Below are positions 57,365-64,000 of a DNA stretch of 64,000 nucleotides, one piece after another. This DNA comes from an uncultured Methanomicrobiaceae archaeon (GTDB lineage Archaea > Halobacteriota > Methanomicrobia > Methanomicrobiales > Methanoculleaceae): the NCBI GenBank assembly GCA_963826525.1, contig CAWGXH010000005.1, positions 1 to 64,000 on the forward strand, given 5' to 3'. Under the pieces are notes generated by a model. That model made no database searches and had not been told where the DNA came from. It saw only the letters and a program-made list of their open reading frames with translations. The first letter of the stretch is position 1, and each line of letters opens with the position of its first letter. Made by a program: the position numbers and the translations under genes.

Positions 57365-57412
57365 GTATACGGTATCCGGTGCGCCGTCCCGGTATCTGAA
57401 GGTTGCCGCTCT

Positions 57413-58162
57413 TCAGACACTGATCTTCCGGAACAGGTACGCCCCGACGACGGTCATGAGCACGGCGCACCCGCCGAGGACGGCGAGGCTGACGAGCGGG
57501 TGTATCTGGGCTGTCCCGGTGAGGCCGTAGCGTATCCCCTCGATACCGTAGGTCAGGGGGTCGGCGAGCGTCAGCGGCCGGAGCCAGGCGGGCAGGCTGT
57601 CGATGGGGAAGAGCGCTCCCGAGAGCCCGAAGATCGGGAAGATCACGAAGTTCATGATGAGCTGGAAGCCGTGCATATCCTCCATCTTCGACGCGATCGC
57701 GATGCCGAACGCGGTGAAGGTCACGCCGATCAGCGCCATGAACCCGACGGCGATCAGGAACCCGGAGAGCCCCGTGGGCTGGAGCCCGATGAAGAGCGCC
57801 AGCACCATGATGATCAGCCCCTGAAGAACCGCCGTCGTCGCTCCACCAAATGTCTGGCCGAGCATGATCTCGAGGCGCGAGACCGGGGCGACCAGGGTCT
57901 CTTTCAGGAACCCGAACTGTTTGTCCCAGATGATCTGGATCCCCGAAAAGACCGAGGTGAAGAGGACGCTCATGGCCACGATGCCGGGGATGATGAAGTT
58001 CATATAGCCCCCTTCCATGCCCGGGATCTGGACGATCGAGTTCAGCCCGAACCCGAGCACCAGCATGAAGAAGAGGGGCATCCCGAGACTGCCGATGATC
58101 CTGCTCTTCGACCGCAGGTACCGCTTGATATTCCGCAGCCAGATGGTATAGACGATATCCAT
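57413..58162 (-). CDS. ABC-2 type exporter permease
   Basis: DKQFGFLKETLVAPVSR, SGALFPI, PLTYG. Confidence 0.92.
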   Translation of the reverse strand: MDIVYTIWLRNIKRYLRSKSRIIGSLGMPLFFMLVLGFGLNSIVQIPGMEGGYMNFIIPGIVAMSVLFTSVFSGIQIIWDKQFGFLKETLVAPVSRLEIMLGQTFGGATTAVLQGLIIMVLALFIGLQPTGLSGFLIAVGFMALIGVTFTAFGIAIASKMEDMHGFQLIMNFVIFPIFGLSGALFPIDSLPAWLRPLTLADPLTYGIEGIRYGLTGTAQIHPLVSLAVLGGCAVLMTVVGAYLFRKISV

Positions 58163-58164
58163 GT

Positions 58165-59149
58165 CTACCGCCTCCCTGCCCGGTGGAACATGCGCATCGC
58201 CTCTTTGCCGCTTGCCTCCTCCTCCCGGATCGTCCTCCCCGTATAGTGCAGGAAGACGTCCTCGAGCGTCGGTTTTCTGACCGAGAGCGAGGTGATGCCG
58301 ATGCCTTTCTGGTGTATGGAGGTGACGATCCCGGGGATGTGCTGGTCGGCATCCTGCAGACGGATCGTCACCGAGCCGTCGTGCTGCTCGATCCCGGAGA
58401 TCCACGGGGCGGTCAGGAGACCGGTGACGGCGCCGGGGTCGGGCGAAGCTATGGTGATGACGTCGCCGCCGATCGAGGCCTTCAGGTTCTCCGGGGTGCC
58501 CTGCGCGATGATCGTCCCGCGGTCGATGATAGCCACCCGGTTGCAGAGCCGGTCGGCCTCCTCCATGTAGTGCGTGGTGAGGATGATGGTGATGCCCTTC
58601 TCGTTGTTCAGCCGCTCGATATACTCCCAGAGGTGGTTTCGTGTCTGCGGATCGAGGCCGAGGGTGGGTTCGTCGAGGAAGAGCACCTTCGGCTCGTGGA
58701 GCAGCCCCCGGGCGATCTCGAGCCGGCGGCGCATACCGCCGGAGTAGGTCTTGACGAGGTCGTCTTTCCGGTCTTCGAGCCCGACGAGGGTCAGGAGCTC
58801 GCCCAATCCGCTGCTGGCGCGCCTCCCCCGGGATCCGGTAGAGGCGGCCGTGGAAGTCCATGTTCTCGTATGCCGTCAGCTCTTCGTCCAGGCTCTGGTC
58901 CTGGAAGACGATCCCGATGGACTTTCGGACGCCGTCTTCGTCGTTCCCGATATCGTGACCGTTGACGGTCGCCCCGCCCGAGGTGGGTTTCTGCATCGTC
59001 GCGAGCATCGAGATGGTCGTCGTCTTTCCCGCTCCGTTCGGGCCGAGCAGCCCGAAGATCTCGCCCTCCCCGATGGTGAACGAGATGCCGTCGACGGCGA
59101 TGAACCCGTCGAAGGACTTGGTCAGATTATGTACGTCTATCGCTGGCAT
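58165..59149 (-). CDS. ABC exporter ATP-binding subunit (DrrA-like), frameshift near 58805
   Basis: GPNGAGKTT, YSGGMRRR, LDEPTLGLD, TTHYMEEA. Confidence 0.93.
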
Positions 59150-59192
59150 GGGTTGGATTGTCTGGTGGTTCTTCTGTGCCGGGAGTGTCGTC

Positions 59193-59454
59193 TCACTCTT
59201 CCGGCGGCTCTTCCGGAGCTTTTTCGAAGATCTGGAGCATCCTTTCGGTAATCCGGCGGAACTTCTCCGCCTTGACGATGACGATCCCGTGGTCCTCGTC
59301 GCCGAGGACCATCAGGGTCTCGCCGGGTTTGATATCGAAGATCTCTCTGAGCTTCCTTCGGGATGACGATCTGGCCTCGTTCGCCGACCTTGACCGTGCC
59401 GAAGATATGTTTCCGGTCGTTGGGGCCGCGATGGCAGTGGTGGTTATCGAACAT
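59193..59454 (-). CDS. AbrB/MazE/SpoVT family DNA-binding protein, frameshifted
   Basis: FGTVKVGERGQIVIPKEA...DIKPGETL. Confidence 0.85.
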
Positions 59455-59588
59455 ATGGGTACCTCATTGGATAATTCACACTATTCATACTAATGTGATT
59501 TGCCATACCTTATTAAACCTCCCATCAGGAAGAATGCAAAAACCGTGATGCGAGGAAAAAGGCGCCCGCTCAACATCTCGCCGAACCC

Positions 59589-62238
59589 CTACTCCGGCCG
59601 CTCCTCTTCGAACCGGTAGGCGCCCTCCGGCACGGTTATCTCGAACCGGGTACCCTTGCCGGGCTCACCCGTCTCCCTGATGGTCATCCCGGTGATCGCG
59701 AGGATCTCGCGTATCAGGAACAGGCCGTAGCCACGGTTCCTGCCGACCCCGCGTGTGAAGATCTTCTCTTTCTGGTCGGCCGGTATTCCGATGCCGTCGT
59801 CCTCCCAGACAATGACGACATCCTTGCCGGAGGAGCGGCAGTACACGTGTACTCCGCATGCCCGCTCACCGTGGCGGATCGTATTGTCCATCAGGTTTGA
59901 GAAGACCTTGTCGAGCATCCGGTCGGCATAGACCAGAAGTCCGGAAAGGTCGCACCTGACCGGCAGTTCTCCGTCGACGGCGCGTGCGACCGCCGCAGAG
60001 CTGCTCTGCCATCCCGGTTCCGCGGTGCCGACCTTCTCACAATCACGGGTGAACTCGATCTGCTGCCGGATCGTCTCTGCAATCTTCTCAAGCCTCCGGA
60101 GATAGTCGAGTTGCTCCGGGTCGCTGCCCCGCTCCTGTGCAAAACCGAGGTATCCCGAAAGAGCGGTCACCTGGTTGAGGATGTCATGCCGGGTGATGGC
60201 CGAGAGGAGGTGCAGTTTCCTGTTTGCGAGACGCAGCGCCTCCTCTGCCCGCCTGTGATCGGTGATATCCCGCACAACGCAGATCAGCCCCCCACTCTCC
60301 AGGGCGGTGAGCGATACCTCCTGGGGGAACGTGCTTCCGTCTTTCTTCTTCCCCCTGGCCGTGCCGCGGTAATGCCCGACTCGACCGAACTCCGGCATGA
60401 TCTCCTGTTCGAACCGCAGGAGTTCATCGGCGTCGTACAGAACACGCCATGTTCTCCCGATGAGTTCTCCGGGATTGTCGTATCCGTATATGTCGGCGTG
60501 GGCTCTGTTCATGTAGCTATAGTTCTGATCTGCGTCGAGGATGGCCATACCGTCGATCGCTGTTTCCATGGCGTCCGTCTGCTCTCTGAGCCTGTCCTCA
60601 AAGCGGATGCGCTCGGTGATGTCGGTTATATAGCCCTCAAGGGCGACGAGGTCGCCGTCCGTATTGATGATCCCGCGCCCCTGCTCCCAGACCCACTTCT
60701 CTTCGCCGCCCCGGGTGGTCAGGCGGAAGACCAGCTGGAATGGCCTCTGCTCCGCTACGAGCTGCCTGCACCTCCTGCCAGACCCGCTCGCGGTCGTCGG
60801 GGTGGATCAGGTCGCCGTAGACGACCTTCCGGCTCCCGACGATCTCATCCGGGGCGTAGCCGGTAAGGTCGACCGCACCTTCGCTCAGAAACTCCATCGT
60901 CCAGTCGCGGTCGTTCCTGCAACGGTAGGCCATCCCGAGGAGATTTGCGAGTAGGGTTGAGAGCCGCCGTTCGCTCTCTGCCAGAGCCTCCTCCGCTCGT
61001 TTCTGCTCGGTGATATCCTCGGCCACGCTTAGCATTGCAGACGTATCGCCCCAGGTGACTGCCTGTGCGTGCACAAGGAGCGGGAAGGTCGTGCTATCTT
61101 TCCGCCGGTGCGCAACTTCGAATATTGCTTCGCCCGTCTCGGATAGTTGCTGTATCCGGGGCTCGATCAGGTCGGCGGATGCCGGTGCGTCCAGGTCGTG
61201 CAGATTGATGGCGAAGAGTTCTTCCGGAGAGTAGCCGTGCAGGTCATACGTGCGCTGGTTGGCATACAGGAACCGCCCCTCCATGTCATGGACGGTGATG
61301 GAGACGGGGCGGTGTCTACAATCCGGGCAAGGATGCTTCGCTCCTCGTCTGCACGCTTCTTTTCGGTGATGTCCACGAGGGAGGCGACCGACTGATCCGC
61401 CTCCGGAATGAGGCCGACGGTCAGGTGAATGTACTTCACCTCTCCGGAGCGGTCGAAGAACCGGAATTCATACTGGTTCGGCACGTCCGGAAGGCCGGCC
61501 CTCCTCCTCTGGTGGTTGTGTTTCATCCGCTTAAGGTCGTCCGGGTGCACGAATTCCGTCCACTGTTTCGTTCCTTCAATCTCGCAGCGTGAGAACCCGG
61601 AGAGTTGCTCGAACGCACTGTTTGCGAGGGAAATGGTCATGTCGTTCTCGATGATGATCGTTGCCGAACCGGTATTCTCAAATATTCCCCGGTACTGGTT
61701 CCGGGACGCCCGCAATGCCTGTTGCGCAGCGGCGATCTCCTCTACCTGCTGGCGCATCTCCTCTTCTGCGGCGGCGAGCCTGCTCGTTTGCGAGGAGCAG
61801 TTCGTCGTGCCGCCGCTGCAGTTCCCGTTCCGCACGCCTGCCGGCGACGGCGCGGCGTATCTTATGCTGAAGTTCGGCGAACTGCGCCTTCGGGTCGCCG
61901 CCTTTCTGGACGTAGAAGTCGGCCCCGCTGTTGAGCGCCTCGACGGCCACCTCTTCGCGCCCCTTCCCGGTGAAGATGATGAATGGAATATCGTTTCCCT
62001 GCTCTCGAAGGTGCTGCAGGAGCTCGATGCCGTCCATGTCCGGCATCCGGTAGTCCGAAACGATGGCGTCGAACCGCTTCCGGCCGAGCATGTGAAGTGC
62101 TTCGAGTGCGCTCTCCGCCGTTGTTACGGCGACCCCTCCGGACCTCTCCAGAAAGAGTTTCCCGATATCGAGCAGGGCGGGCTCGTCGTCGACGTATAAG
62201 AGAGAGATGATCGCCGAGCAGACCCCGTCGGGAACCAT
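59589..62238 (-). CDS. Archaeal-type hybrid sensor kinase REC-PASx4-HisKA-HATPase, frameshifted
   Basis: LLYVDDEPALL, SDYRMPDMDG, FTGKGREE, ITRHDILNQ, NLMDN, GYGLFL. Confidence 0.9.
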
Positions 62239-62503
62239 AGTGAATAATAGCTGCAAATCAGCCATAATCCTATCGATCGCATCGTGCCGCGGAAACGCCC
62301 GCATACACGAATTCTGCCCCTTTTCGTTCCGGTGGGCGGTTACAAAGAGATACGGGAGCGCTTCGCAGGCGAGTTATACCTGGAGTACAGCCGAAAAACC
62401 CCTGGCCGGAACCGTAGTCGACGCGTCCGTCAATGCGGGTCTGCTCGCCTGCATCGTACCAGCACTTATTATCCGAATATGACCATTTCTTAGTGAAGAG
62501 CAG

Positions 62504-63401
62504 ATGTACAGCCGGTTGAAGTCGACGATCTATGAGTTCCTCGAGCCGCACCCCGAGAGCGGTGGCGCCGGCCGACTTTTCGATATCTTCATCATGGCGC
62601 TGATCGTCGCCAACGTCATCGTGGTAATTCTCGAGTCCGTCGATGGGATTGCACTCCGCTACGCATCGTTCTTTATCGCCTTCGACCTCTTCTCCGTCGC
62701 CGTCTTCGCGATAGAGTACGTCCTCCGTCTCTGGGCGTGCACGGCAAACCCATTATTCCGGGGTGCCGTCTTCGGGAGGCTCCGGTATGCGGTAACCCCG
62801 CTCGCTCTCGTGGATCTCTTCGCGATACTGCCGTTCCTCATCCCGATGTTCATCCCGCTCGATCTCCGGTTCATCCGGGCGATCCGGCTCACGCGTATCT
62901 TCAGGCTTCTCAAGATGGGGAGATACACGTATGCGGGCGGCATGCTTACGCGGGCGATCAACAGGGAGAAAGAGGTCATCGCCATCCTCTTCTGCGGTCT
63001 CGTCATCCTGCTTGTTCTTGCTTCTGAGCATGATGTACTACGTCGAGTATGAGGCGCAGCCCGAAGCCTTCTCGAGCATCCCGGCTGCTATGTGGTGGGC
63101 GGTGGCCACGCTGACGACCGTGGGCTACGGTGATGTATACCCGATCACCCCGCTCGGAAAACTGATCGGGGGGGTGATCGCCCTCATCGGGGTTGGAATG
63201 GTCGCGCTGCCTGCGGGAGTCTTCGCCTCCGCATTTATGGAGGAGGTTCAGAAGAAACGGTCGGAGCGTGAGACGAATCCACCCGGGAGGACACCTGAAG
63301 AGATTGCCGATCTCCTCGAACGGTTCTCGAGACTGAACCAGGCGGGCAGCATCAGCGACGAGGAGTTCCTCGTTCAGAAACGCCGTATTCTTGGGAAGTG
63401 A
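62504..63401 (+). CDS. 6-TM voltage-gated potassium channel with short C-terminal (SHOCT-like) tail, frameshift near 63025
   Basis: S4 RFIRAIRLTRIFRLLK; selectivity filter TTVGYGD. Confidence 0.93.
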
Positions 63402-63498
63402 TCGCGTTGGTGGAATCTATTTCTACCAGGAAGTCTACCACTCAAAGAAGACCGTGAGACCCTCTCCACCTGCCGGAAAGGATTCGCCGGGCGGCGGC

Positions 63499-64000
63499 AT
63501 GATACAGACGCTCCGGGCGCTTCTCGATCTGACGCGAGCCCATTTCATCTTCGTCTGGCCCCTGCTCTTCTGTTCGGGGCTCCTCTTAGCGTTTGATATC
63601 TACGGATATTTCTCCTTCGGGACGTTGATCCTGGCGGCATTCATCGGCCTCTTCGGCTTTGAGGCCGGACTTGTCCTCAACGACTACATCGACCGGAATC
63701 TCGACAGGAGAGACGTCGACGGAACACTCACACGCTACTGGAGACCGTTTCACGAGCGGCCGCTGCCTTCGGGGAGGATAACTCCCGGGGCTGCGCTCCG
63801 TCTCTTCCTGCTGCTCGCGGCCGCCGCCGCCGTCCTGATCGCCCTCCTCCCCTACCCGCACTCCCTGTATGTCGCCGGGATTATGGTATACGCCTACGCA
63901 GCCGAGTCGTTCTACCAGGTGAAGAAGAGAAACCAGACGGTTCCGATCGCCCAGGCTGCTCGGAAGAACGGATTTCGCACTCTTCCCGGTCGCCGGTTAT
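63499..64000 (+). CDS. UbiA family prenyltransferase, partial (runs off window)
   Basis: MIQTLRALLDLTRAHF...LNDYIDRNLDRRD...RPLPSGRI. Confidence 0.85.
   Translation, partial: MIQTLRALLDLTRAHFIFVWPLLFCSGLLLAFDIYGYFSFGTLILAAFIGLFGFEAGLVLNDYIDRNLDRRDVDGTLTRYWRPFHERPLPSGRITPGAALRLFLLLAAAAAVLIALLPYPHSLYVAGIMVYAYAAESFYQVKKRNQTVPIAQAARKNGFRTLPGRRL

Noticed and set aside
57413-59149. 578-aa ABC ATPase-permease fusion
   Set aside because: Artefact of a frameshift near 58805
63020-63035. TGA readthrough (selenocysteine) in the potassium channel
   Set aside because: The TGA is not in the upstream reading frame; a one-base insertion explains the break
1-64000. CRISPR array, rRNA, integrase or transposase
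   Set aside because: No regularly spaced repeats or recognisable motifs found by eye
25787-64000. attR copy of the tRNA-Leu 3' end delimiting an integrated element
   Set aside because: No duplicate of the tRNA 3' sequence seen; a BLASTn self-search would be needed to exclude a short one

Overview
GC-rich archaeal DNA, most consistent with a Methanomicrobiales methanogen (Methanoculleus-like), judged from TBP, MCM, two RFC small subunits, PoK/PPS/CoaBC, MptD, an archaeal pilin and archaeal-type REC-PAS kinases. Many genes, including essential ones, carry single-base frameshifts, most likely errors of an unpolished assembly, so coordinates of split genes are reconstructed by eye. 1-2.9 kb: a shattered membrane-protein gene and a pilin. 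3-25.7 kb: housekeeping block. 25.7 kb: tRNA-Leu(CAG). 25.8-31.3 kb: accessory island with an AT-rich TIR-domain gene, an orphan membrane protein and four toxin-antitoxin (TA) modules. 31-64 kb: plastic region of regulators, redox enzymes, transporters, sensor kinases and gene remnants. The most unusual observation is a RelE/ParE-like toxin gene in two permuted halves 6.4 kb apart, joined by a 37-bp direct repeat, so that looping out the intervening DNA would rebuild an intact 96-aa toxin behind its antitoxin. No CRISPR array, rRNA, integrase or transposase was recognised.
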